A stretch of 53,846 nucleotides of DNA from positions 1 through 53,846 of the forward strand of contig NW_021835112.1 in assembly GCF_006345805.1 (NCBI RefSeq), given 5' to 3'. Below the pieces are notes generated by a model. It saw only the letters and a list, made by a program, of their open reading frames with translations, searched no databases and had not been told where the DNA came from. Each line of letters begins with the position of its first letter. Within the stretch, counting starts at the first letter, position 1. Both the position numbers and the translations under genes were made by a program. The DNA comes from Octopus sinensis. Taxonomy: Eukaryota. Below are positions 24,703 to 35,587 of the stretch, one piece after another.

Positions 24703-24970
24703 CAGTTGTATACTGTCACTTAACGTGACAGTCCCATAAAGGGAATCACATCCCCGCTATTTAACCCCAGGAAGCATCACGCTTCCTGTCGGCCTTGACA
24801 CATTTCCTGTGTCCTTATGTTTACAAGGGGGAGAAAAGCAGCCCCATCCATCTAAGCCTGCATCCAGAGACATGTTTCTGAGTCTTGCTCGTCATCAGTC
24901 TGGGCTAAATAGCAGTGGTGAGGTTCCCTTTATGGGACTGTCTCGTTAAGTTGACAGTATATAACTGCTC
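24700..24970. mobile_element. ~270-bp element with ~68-bp terminal inverted repeats enclosing a hammerhead
   Basis: GGGCAGTTGTATACTGTCACTTAACGTGACAGTCCCATAAAGGGAA..GCTATTTAACCC (24700-24767) matches the reverse complement of 24902-24970; followed by TA. Interior hairpins at 24768-24788 and 24797-24813. Confidence 0.85.
24864..24903 (-). ncRNA. Minimal type I hammerhead ribozyme, core intact
   Basis: CCAGA-CTGATGA-C-GAG[CAAGA]CTC-A-GAAA-CATG-T-C-TCTGG. Stem I 5 bp, palindromic ACATGT, GUC triplet; C.A at the base of stem II. Confidence 0.8.
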
Positions 24971-25114
24971 TATCGTACCACCGCTACTTATGTCTCTCTG
25001 AGATATTTAGAAATTTAATATATCTATTTTTTGTGATCAGTGGATTTATTTCACTGGAATTATATATGTTTACAAGGTCTAGACAGGCATCTGCAGCTAG
25101 CAAGCCATGATACT

Positions 25115-25154
25115 CCAGACTGATTACGAGCAAGACCCAGAAACTAGTCTCTGT
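25115..25154 (+). ncRNA. Hammerhead of the same architecture as 24864-24903, mutated
   Basis: CCAGA-CTGATTA-C-GAG[CAAGA]CCC-A-GAAA-CTAG-T-C-TCTGT. G8 changed to T; palindrome ACTAGT instead of ACATGT. Confidence 0.7.
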
Positions 25155-25807
25155 TTAGAATTCTCTCTGATTTTTCAGATTTTTGTATGCTAGGCTACTG
25201 GTTTTAAATTGATATTAATTAAATTAATATTCAATTTATCTCCCTCATTATTTGAATGTTAAAATAAATATGTTCCCTAATAGGCGGCATTAACTGCAGT
25301 AAATTATTTACTGCAGATTTTGTTTCCGAATTTTAGCGCGCCAGAACTAAGACATTTGAAATTAACCCCAATGTAATCGGTGAAACTGAGCACGTGTCTG
25401 TTTTTATACGGAAAACTGGTGGTTAGTTTTACAAATTACATTACCTGTGGAACGATCGCACTGACGAGCCTACGGACAATGGATTACATAAGTGATTCAT
25501 TCGTTAATAGGCGAAACCGCCGATCTGTGAGTAATTCTGATTTTTTATATAATTTTCATCTGTCTTGACAGCATATTGGTCTGGTGTTCCGCTGAATTTT
25601 CCTCTAGAGAACATTCTTTTCTTTGTAGTTTGATCGTAGGTGATCTACTTCTAGCATACGGCTGACCACCTAGTGGTTTTTTAGCCCTTTAAATATACAC
25701 ATGTATTAGAATTTTCTCTGATTTTTCAAATTTTGGTATGCTAGGCTACTAGTTTTAAATTGATATTAATTAAATTAATATTCAATTTATCTCCCTCATT
25801 ATTTGAA
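25152..25807 (+). repeat. Pair of ~105-bp direct repeats, 551 bp apart (25152-25256, 25703-25807)
   Basis: TTAGAATT.TCTCTGATTTT..TATGCTAGGCTACT.GTTTTAAATTGATATTAATTAAATTAATATTCAATTTATCTCCCTCATTATTTGAA occurs twice. Confidence 0.9.
25454..25525 (+). ncRNA. Hammerhead relic with long stem II; cleavage site lost
   Basis: CTGACGA (25461-67), GCCTA/TAGGC stem II with nested AATG-GATTAC/GTGATT-CATT pairing, GAAA (25513-16), GATCG/CGATC stem I; no NUH triplet in register. Confidence 0.65.
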
Positions 25808-26020
25808 AGTATATATATGATGCAGCATGGATTTTTGTCAGTGAACAGGTCGCGGTCTTAAAGCGACGAATATATTTTGACAAATTAACTTAAATGTTGA
25901 AGTGAATTGGACGGCTTTTGTGTGTTTCTTAAATGGCTTACAAACACCTTCCACGCTGCAATTGTTTTCGTTTCAGCACACGATCTCAGATCAAATCACT
26001 TGCTATGCAAGTACATCTCC

Positions 26021-26090
<70 letters not shown>

Positions 26091-26360
26091 TTTGTAAAAT
26101 ATAATGTGTCTTGATGGCACAACAATGCAGAGTGAACTATATAACTGTTGTAATTTAATTATTCATAGTCTGATATAATAATATTTCGGAATATTAAAAA
26201 TTCCTTCTTCAGATATCCTTAGGAATGACCGAGTGACTACCATAATAGGTTTTCCAACGGTTACTGAAATGTTTTCCAGAAGTGTCTCTGCAGTAGTCTC
26301 ACGAAGCTCCTGCCAGAATTCTTCATGAGAAATGCGTGAGGGCGGCCATGTATCAAGCTC
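26091..26360. mobile_element. Single arm of the foldback family seen at 12660-13376
   Basis: TTTGTAAAATATAATGTGTCTTGATGGCACAACAATGCAGAGTGAACTAT...CGGTTACTGAAATG..GCGTGAGG aligns with both arms of the first copy. Confidence 0.85.
26172..26217 (-). ncRNA. Minimal type I hammerhead ribozyme, fully intact
   Basis: GATAT-CTGAAGA-A-GGAAT[TTTTAAT]ATTCC-GAAA-TATTA-T-T-ATATC. Stems I and II each 5 perfect bp, G10.1-C11.1 pair, AUU triplet, near-palindromic ATATTAT stem III. Confidence 0.8.
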
Positions 26361-26370
26361 GTGCTATCCT

Positions 26371-26740
26371 GTTACTACTATGTTCTGCTGTCGCATATCC
26401 AAATTTGGCCAAATGCACTTTTTTTTCAGTATTTAAGTTTGGTCAAACTACCGTATCTCAGTTGTTTCAGATGCTAAAATATGAAAATTGTTAAAGTGTA
26501 TTAGTACAACGATTTAGCATTTTTCAGAGGTGTAATAAGTCCCACATACGACAGATTTTCAAACTATTTCTGATTGAAAATATTGTACATGCGTAGAGTC
26601 ATGATTTTATGCACCCAACAAAGTATTATTGTTAAGCTGAAATTGTCGCTAATGTAAAAAGAAATGAAATGGTGAAACTATTTTTTCGTTTTCTGAGAAA
26701 GCAATGTTTTGAACTTACGGTACTTTTGCATAGTAGCAAC
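26371..26740. mobile_element. Possible MITE with 12-bp TIRs
   Basis: GTTACTACTATG (26371-82) versus CATAGTAGCAAC (26729-40), 11/12 match; the second copy of the foldback arm ends just before it. Confidence 0.4.
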
Positions 26741-26757
26741 GATATATATATATATGT

Positions 26758-26789
<32 letters not shown>

Positions 26790-27062
26790 ATTTTGAGGAA
26801 TCACTAAGTTACGGGGACGTAAAGACACCAAAATCGGATGTTAAGCGATGCTGGAGGGACAAACACAAACATATACGGATATGCAACTGGCTTCTTTTCA
26901 GTTTCCGTCTACCAAATTCACTCACAAGGCTTTGGTCACCCGAGGCTATAGTAGATGACACTTGCCCAAGTTGCCACACAGTGGGACCGAACCCGGAACC
27001 ATGTGCTTGGGAATCAACCTTCTTACTACACAGCCATTCCTGTGCCTGCAAAGCCACTCTTG
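26790..27062 (-). mobile_element. tRNA-SINE family A, partial
   Basis: Reverse complement begins GCAGGCACAGGAATGGCTGTGTAGTAAG..GGTTCCGGGTTCGGTCCCACTGTGTGGCAACTTGGGCAAGTGTC. Confidence 0.8.
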
Positions 27063-27112
27063 CACCTGTGTGTATAGATATGTTTATATACACTCCTATG
27101 TATGTGTGTGTG

Positions 27113-27143
<31 letters not shown>

Positions 27144-27301
27144 TTGTGTGCGTATAATCAAAATACTCAACAGGATATCTACATCACTTCATGATATCCT
27201 GTTGCTTATTTTGATTTTATTCACCTTACTTTGATCTGTGCGGGTAATACTGGACTGACTTAGTGCTTCAACTTAAGTACCTAATTCAACTGAATCTTAA
27301 T

Positions 27302-27347
<46 letters not shown>

Positions 27348-27369
27348 TGTGTATCTATGTGCGTGTGTC

Positions 27370-27545
27370 TCTGTGTCTGTGCTTGACAACCGGCGTTGGT
27401 GTGTTTACATCCCCGTAACCAAGCGGTTCGGTAAGTACTCAGCTTACAAAGAAAAGAAGTCCTGCGATCGATCTCTTTGACTAAAACCTTTTAAGGCGGT
27501 ACTCCAGCAAGGCCCCAGTCAAATAACTGGAACAAGTAAGCGTGT
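27370..27545 (+). mobile_element. SINE family A, 3' half
   Basis: TTGACAACCGGCGTTGGTGTGTTTACATCCCCGTAAC..CGGTTCGG..TAAGGCGGTACTCCAGCAAGGCCCCAGTCAAATAACTGGAACAAGTAA. Confidence 0.7.
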
Positions 27546-27611
27546 TAAAGAATAATCCAAAATAAGACAAATAAAGAATTTAACCCATCTTCAGTGTCTA
27601 TCTACAATTGT

Positions 27612-28002
27612 GGAGGCGCAATGGCCCAGTGGTTAGGGCAGCGGACTCGCGGTCGGAGGATCGCGGTTTCGATTCCCAGACCGGGCGTTGTGTGTGTTTA
27701 TTGAGCGAAAACACCTAAAGCTCCACGAGGCTCCGGCAGGGGGTGGTGGCGACCCCTGTTGTACTCTTTCGCCTCAACTTTCTCTCACTCCACTCTTACT
27801 TCCTGTTTCTGTTGTACCTGTATTTCAAGGGGCCGACCTTGTCACTCTCTGTGTCACGCTGAATATCCCTGAGAACTACGTTAAGGGTGCACGTGTCTGT
27901 GGAGTGCTCAGCCACTTACACGTTAATTTCACGAGCAGGCTGTTCCGTTGATTCGGATCAACCCGAACCCTCATCGTCGTAACCGACGGAGTGCTCCCAA
28001 AA
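27612..28002 (+). mobile_element. Full-length tRNA-derived SINE (family C) with 12-bp target site duplication
   Basis: A-box TGGCCCAGTGGTTAG (27622-36), B-box GGTTTCGATTCCC (27665-77); ATCTACAATTGT at 27600-27611 and 28003-28014. Confidence 0.9.
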
Positions 28003-28239
28003 ATCTACAATTGTTTCTCTACCAGCGCTATGTAACGTCATTCCAGACAAATATCAAATCTGAAAATCTACGTAATTTAGCGATTTATACACTATAGTGG
28101 AACTTCATCAAAGTTGCATCAAAAGGTGCGCATTTGCGTTGTGCATCTGCAAAGTTTTGCACTTTGCTTATATTGGCAGGAAACAAGAAGTAAAAATAGA
28201 GATAAAAGTAAGATTGTGAAAGGCTTCAAACAATCCGAA

Positions 28240-28469
28240 TGCACACATACCACATACATACATGCGTACATACATACATACATACATATATATTATATAT
28301 ATTTATATACATACAAACATACATATATATATGTAATTATACACACACACATATATACATACATACACACATATACTGACAAATTTATATACATATATGC
28401 AATTTTAACTTTATAGACGCATGTGTGTATACGTATATATATACATACATATAGGTAAAGAAATATGTG

Positions 28470-28508
<39 letters not shown>

Positions 28509-28615
28509 TATAATATATATAATATATAACAATATATATATTTGTGTGTGTATGTATGTATTATATATGTACGCGTGTATGTATGTGTATATATACACAC
28601 AACAAAGAAGAAGGA

Positions 28616-28703
<88 letters not shown>

Positions 28704-28705
28704 AG
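28240..28705. repeat. (CATA)/(TA) tracts and (AAAG)n at ~28613-28702
   Basis: Directly visible. Confidence 0.95.
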
Positions 28706-29184
28706 GGGTCCATTTCTGAGATAGTTGAAATTGTATTGTGTTCTTTGGTCAGTTCTCATGCTACCCAGCTGTAGAAAGGTGTCTTTTTCTGATATGGTTG
28801 AAGATGACGATAATACAAGATGTCAATTTTCTTTTTAGTCATTTCTTATTGTTTTGCCTTTTTTGTCAATTATCATACTATCCAGCTGTAGAAAATAGAC
28901 TCTGCCAAAGTTGTTGTGGAATGCTATTAAATATGTGTCTATATATGTTTGTGTGTGTGTGAGAGAGGGTGTGTGTATGTGTGTTGTGTGTGTGCGTGTG
29001 CGTGTGTGTGTTTGAGCGTTGTGCGTCAGTTGCTTAAGTGAATTTTTTCAGTTATTTTAGTAGCAGTAATGAGAACATTTTAATCAGGGTTTTTCATGTG
29101 TCCATATATATATATGTATATATATTATATATATATATATATATTATATATATAATATATACAAGCATACATTTTTCATTTTAC

Positions 29185-29420
29185 AACGTTTAGTTTAGCT
29201 AAGAATTTTTAGATATAATGTACTTCCATTGCCTTCTAGAACTTTGGGTCATCCCTTGGTCATTTGTTGATGGGAAAGAGCTTAAATCTGGTGTTTCCAG
29301 ATATTTTCAGATGCTTACTCAGCGGAATCTTGGCTAAGTCATTTTGTCTGATGTATTGTCTTTGGATGATGTGTTGTCTGATATGCTGTCCGTGCACGTT
29401 GACTAATTGAATTGTTGGCA
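29185..29420 (-). mobile_element. PLE GIY-YIG C-terminal fragment (Neptune-like)
   Basis: VHGQHIRQ..KIPLSKHLKISGNTRFKLFPINK*..KAMEVHYI*KFLAKLN fits the LS.HL..F.IFP..E..FI.KF.P.LN ending. Confidence 0.6.
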
Positions 29421-29500
29421 TCGCCAATATATTTTCTTTTCATTTTGGGGCGGGGGCAGATTTTGCATTATATGAAATCCTGTGTTTTCCTATTCATATC

Positions 29501-30388
29501 TATTGGGCTGAGGAATAATTCACGAGCGTATTTTAATAAAAAAAAAAACACAATAAATTAATCAATAATATACTCTCCGTTGTTGTTTACAACTTTCTTC
29601 CATCGTTCAATAAATTTTACGATGCCTCGGCGATAGAAATCTCCCAGGCTTAACTCAAAGAATTCGTCCAAATAATCTCTCAATTCCATGTCATTATTGA
29701 ACGACACACCGCGGGAAGCGTTCGAAAGCGGTCGAAAGAGATGAAAATCTGACGGCGCCAAGTCTGGAGAATATGGAGAATGAGGCAGCACTTCTCATTC
29801 GAGTTCTTGAAACGCATCTTTGGTCATATTGGTGATATGAGGATGAGTGTTGTGTTGCAAAAGAATGCCATTTCGCCTATTCGGTCTTTTTTGCTGAAGG
29901 TGATTCACCACAGTTTTTTTTTTATCACAATCTATCTTTTCCGCCAATTTTCTGCTGGTTTGATTGGGTTTTCGTGAAGAAGTTGATTCAATCACTCTTC
30001 GTAGAATTCAGTTGGTCGACCGGTGTGTGATCCGTCCTTGAGGTCAAAATTCCCAATTTTGAAGCGCGAAAACCAACGGTGAGTGGTACCTTAGGGCATC
30101 GCCCCTTCTCCTTACACAGCACAAATCTCCCGAGCAGCCTTAGTGGTCTCCACACCTCGATTAATTACAAAAAGCAAATGGTATCGAAAATGCTGTTTTG
30201 TTCACTTGACATTCCATTTTAATGATCTGAAAATACACAAAAATGAATAAATTTTTTTAAAATCAGAACAGTTTTGTAGAGCAAAAAATTCTCTTTTAAA
30301 TAACATAAAACATTTTACTAATGCATTTTATTTCAGCGTGCATTTTTACATTTGAAAAAGACGCTCATTAAATTATTCCTCAACCTAA
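29501..30388 (-). mobile_element. Mariner (DD34D-type) element, internally deleted, with TIRs
   Basis: PHSPYSPDLAPSDFHLF..RWKKVV.NNGEY; N-terminal HTH (HRWFSRFKIGNFDLKD..TGRP); TIRs TATTGGGCTGAGGAATAATT (29501) and ATTATTCCTCAACCTAA (to 30388). VVNHL is fused to QQKRPN, so the middle is missing. Confidence 0.9.
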
Positions 30389-30917
30389 AACATTTACTTA
30401 GACGGGGAATCCAATTCTAAATTTTATATGAGAATTAGTGTCCAAATATCTAAGTTGTTGTTGCATGTTCCACATTTATTATCCTCACAGTCCTTCACAG
30501 AAAATTCTGTATTATCCTTTAAATGAAATTTACCCTCGTGAGATGATCTTTTAGATTTTTTAGATGATATTTACTGTTTCGTATAAGGTTTTCAAAAGCC
30601 AGATTTTTTATTTATTTTGGGATTTTATAAGAGTTTCGGTACATTTGTTTCTAAAGTGTGGAAGCTTTGGTCACTCCTGGATTATGTGTATTTATAAATG
30701 GAATGGTATTTTTAAGAAGTTGGATTGAAAAGACTTTATTACAAATTTCAAAAATTGTTTCGGTGTATCACTATCAGCTTTTAATTGCTGAATGTTGCAT
30801 GTATTATATGCAATATTGTATTAATATGATACAATAACATTATATAGGCGCATCCTCGGTTAACTAAAGTCAAAGTATACATACGTGCATAGATACATAC
30901 GTACGTACGTACATTTA

Positions 30918-30949
<32 letters not shown>

Positions 30950-33900
30950 CACACACACATATATATATATATGCATGTATACGTGTGTGTGTATGTATCT
31001 AAAGAGGAAGCTAAAGAGTGTACATATATATATGCATATATATGTGTGTTTCAATGTGAGCGTATACAGTTAAATACTTAAAAATACCGAACAACTGTAT
31101 TAGTTTAATTTATAAAGAATGAAATTAATAGATATTACAATATATAAGAGTAAAAATCACTCCAGAAATGTGATCTAATAACTTACATTCATTACTGTGC
31201 AAGAAAATATTTATGCGGGCAAGCAATATTTATATTAGTTCAAATTAGTTTGAGTCTCTTCAGAAGAGAAAACGTGAGCTATCATTTTTTAACAAAACAG
31301 CAAAATAAAGGACGAACAAAAAAAAAATGGACAATGAAAAATGTATTCAAATGTTTTCTTGTAAAAATATTTAGTGATGACTAAAATTTAAATTTTTTCT
31401 ACAACATATGGAGAGAGTTTATAAATTGTTTTATCTTATAAGGCATATAGTGTCGTAAATTTTTTTTTTTTACCTTAAGTGATGAATCATTCAGAACGTA
31501 ACAATTACGCTCTAAAAATGTCCCCCCCCCCCCAATGATTCGATTGAGCATATGAGACATTTATTATAATGCCTGAAGTAAATATTTAAGGGGTATTTAT
31601 CGTACTTAATGTGTACTAATATCGACTACATCGTTTCCCGGCATATTGAAATGTATATTGCATGCACATTGAAATATGTGTATTGCTTAAAATACTGTAA
31701 TAATATTGACAATTTTCTGACAATTTATTAATCAAAAAGATACAGCACTGCATTTCTAAATATAGTCTTGCAGACAAGACAACAATTATATGGAGCCACA
31801 CCCTTTTACTCCAACAGAAATTACAAACTCCTGCTTCAGTAAAATCTTTGCAAGTACTTAAACATTCTCCATGTGTACTTTTAAGGACTGCAAAAACTTC
31901 CTTCTAATCTCATTGACAGAAGAATGATTATTCGATATAAATGCATGCTAATCGTCTATAGTTTTTCCTGAAAGCCCTTGAATTCGGAAAACATTTACTG
32001 CAACTGGCGATTTTGCCGATGTATAATGAATGCCAGTGACTATTTTAAAACGACTTCATCAGAAAATGGTGACCCATTGTTTAAATTTTTCTCAAATAGG
32101 ATTTTCATCCTGGATATTTTTAGCAGTGAACTAGCTACCCTATATCTTGACTGGATACATACGAGAAACTAACTATAACACCAGTTAGTGTTCACTACGT
32201 TTCGTTTTAGATAAGCTAGTAGGCTCATCTAAAAAGAAAAAAAAACAGTGTCTGAAAATTATATTAGACTTAACGTTTTCGATATTAAAGTAATTCAGGC
32301 CAGTAAAGTATTATTCTATTAAAATGATTAAAATATGATATAAAGTCATATAAATTACAATCATTCCAGATAGCAGGTAGACCCAGTTGATGGGGTTAGC
32401 TGAATTTCTAGCCCGTCTTCTGATAAAGATATTTTCAAAGAGGTCGCTTCCTATTATAACGATGAAGAGTGAAGAAGAGATAACACTAAAAAAAACCTAC
32501 TGCAAAAAGAACTTCCCCACAAAATAACATGACCAGGAAGAGAAGCATAATTTGATTCAACTCATTCTACATCATGAATGTAATCACTAACATTGCCAGC
32601 AAATTTCTTCCAGTTTCCCTTATACGCATAAATAATCACGAATTTTTACAAGAAAGTTATTCATGTTAGCTCCGTGAATTCTTGTACAGTAATGCTGCAT
32701 CACAAACTGCAAGCATCTCAACACAGAAACACATTCATAATTACATATCAAATGAATTTCGCCTTTCTAAAGTAATGTTGGGTGGAAAAAGTGTTACGCT
32801 GGTCAATGGTGCGGAAATTTGAAAATGCCTCATATCCTGGAATGGCATGGATGTTGCATCCCTTTAGACCACGCCATATTGCGTCTATGTAAAAATGATG
32901 CACTGTGTGTCAATCCGAAGCTTTGTCCATCCTTTCAAAGCCGCAGAGATCATTGGAAAAGAAATTCAAGGTCTTACCTTTATGTAACTTCAAAACGAAA
33001 TAATTGCTATCGAATTTCAGCAGCCGGACAAATTAGCCTCCACGTAATAGATTTATTGGTCTAAACCCCGTCCCAGTAGTAGTATTATTGCTTCCCGACT
33101 TGGATGCATAAGTCGCGTAGTTATGACGCATTGCTGAATGCTCTGCTACAAAACGTCTGAGTTTTTTTTTTTTTTACCTGGGTGAAAAAAAAGTAAAAAA
33201 TATAAGGACCTAGCTGTTTTTTCATTGGTCTATGACAAAATTCTTAGAGTGTTTTGTTTATTCTTTTTTTGTCACTTGAAGTGCCGCATGTAACGAGAGG
33301 CACCAGGAAGAAATGGAGTTAATCATATGTTCCTCCAATATGATAGTCTTTCACATGTTTGTAAGTGCGTGTATGTGTTTGTGTGTGTGCGTGAGCATGT
33401 GTGCGCGCTTGCGTGTGAGTGAACGTGTGCATGCGTGTCTGTGTGTGAAATTCTTATTTTGAGACTCTCGTTCCGGTACTGGAAACCTCACTGCACTCAC
33501 CGCCATTTAGACGATCTAAACTCACGTGAGAATTGAGAAAGGCTGGATCAAATTTTTTCAAACACCGCCCACTACATCCCAAGCTTAGATAAAGTAGTTA
33601 TATGTGAATGAAGAAAGTTGCATTTGTTGCAGCAGATTCTGCATTTAATTGCTTTAAGCATTTTCCACCTTTTCTCTTATCTTCGAAGACTTCATACACT
33701 TTAGGAATTTCAAAAACAAAAAATCATTCTACTCTACTCTTAATCTATTTTTCTTATTTTTATGTGTATTTGTTTTGGTTTTTAAGATACTCGATTATTC
33801 GTTATCAATTTAAGCAGTGACTTCACGAATCATGGAATGATAATGTTTGTCTGCAGAATTATTCTTTGGAATTTAATTTTCAATATAATATCTGTTTTAT

Positions 33901-34389
33901 TTTTGTCTATTATATTTTCATTTCCATTTTATTTTGCAGAAAAGTATGTGACAAGAAAGGAAGATTTCAGTTTCCAAATCTCGCGAGTAAAGATGCGGCA
34001 ATATCGAAATTAATTTTTGCTTTCAATCAACAACACCCAGAATCTTTGTTGTTTGCAAAATCACAACATACACTATACACTTCTAATATAAACACACGGT
34101 CACATATTTATAGGTGAATGGAAATGAGATTGTGGGACAGCAATATTTTCCTCTAAGGGAATTAGCTATGTAATTAAAGTGATTTAGAATAATGTAACTC
34201 AACGGTAAAACTTTCTTCCTATTACACTTTAGTTATTAGGACAACCATCGACATAGTGATTTAAAGTTAAAGGTAGTTGAACAAATGAAAATGTCATACT
34301 ATCTGTAGCACGGCATAGTTAAGGTACGTAACTCAGGCAGGTTCACTTCACGATCCTGCACTAGTCAAGAAAAAAATACCTTAAAACAT

Positions 34390-34870
34390 TCTCTGCTTCA
34401 ATAGAAGCAGGCACGGTTACAATACGTATCAAAGAAATAATGCCATGCATTTCCCTCTCGTTTCAATGGATAAACTGTCATTCTCATGGAGAAGGAAAAT
34501 CCCAATGACCTTTTTGTGTGCTCAGTTTGTGACAGACCATGTCTTTTCTTTTGCTGGGCTCCAATCTCATTTGAGGACCCATGAAAAGCGAACCTCCACC
34601 ATCCATTCTACCTATATATCTGTGCACGCCTTTCAATGCCATGTAAGCCAAAATGTCTGCAAATCTAACGGAGGTCTCAAAGGACATTTTAAGATCCACA
34701 AACATCAAAACTTAACTGTAGATCTTCGTTGTCCAGATAGGATATGCAATCAATGTGCGTGTCTTTTCAATACATTGTCTGGGTTTAAAACACACATCAG
34801 ATGCCATGATGGATCTAAAGTATAGGCACAAGAGTTGGTCAGACTCTGCATAAGGAGTAGATAACCACCA
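34390..34870 (+). mobile_element. RTE-like LINE 3' end with three tandem C2H2 zinc fingers (pseudogenised)
   Basis: CSVCDRPC/SFAGLQSHLRTH (+1 frameshift at ~34545), CHVSQNVCKSNGGLKGHFKIH, CNQCACLFNTLSGFKTHIRCH, stop at 34823-25, short tail ending in (CA)n. C..C.R.C.S..GL.SH.R.H is the usual RTE terminal finger. Confidence 0.7.
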
Positions 34871-34896
34871 TATATTTATATACGTACATATACATT

Positions 34897-34935
<39 letters not shown>

Positions 34936-34947
34936 ACAACACACACC

Positions 34948-34978
<31 letters not shown>

Positions 34979-35401
34979 TATATATATATATAATATATAT
35001 ATATAATATATATATCTACATATATATATCATTACAATTAATATTAATATCCTCGAAATATATATGCTAATACATTGTTATCAAGGCTATCTAAAATTAG
35101 TGAAATTCAAATTGAACATCTTGAAATATTATAAACGCTAACAAAAATCGAATTCAACCTAAACTTCCTTCATTCAACTCATGGTGACGTCAGTGATAAT
35201 GAAATAGTAAAAAAAACAAGCATAAGAAATCTACATTATGACAATTAGAAATCTACAAGAAATATTAAAAATAAAGACGAATTCTACGTTACGACTGGCA
35301 GAAACTTAAATACTTTACGTCACAAAAATTAGTTATCTATTTACTCATTATATTAAACGTTTTATAAGAATTAACCTTATTATATAGTATATGAAAATTA
35401 T

Positions 35402-35587
35402 TCAGTTCTATATTTAAGACATGAGGAATTATGTATATTATTTACATTATTTACAATTGACGGATATGTGTCCTCATCTTGTTTGTTGTTAACACAACGT
35501 TTTGACTGATATAGCCTCCTGCCTTCATCGGGTGTCTTGGGGGAAATTTCGAACCTGGGTTCTCATTCCTAAGATATTTTTCGATGT
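35402..35587 (-). mobile_element. Second copy of the hammerhead-bearing tail of 8316-8594; no tRNA head, HHR inactivated
   Basis: Reverse complement GGAATGAGAACCCAGGTTCGAAATTTCCCCCAAGACAC-CCGATGA-AGGCAG..CAGTC-AAAA-CGTTGTGTT..AAATATAGAACTGAA; HHR at 35491-35536. Confidence 0.85.
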
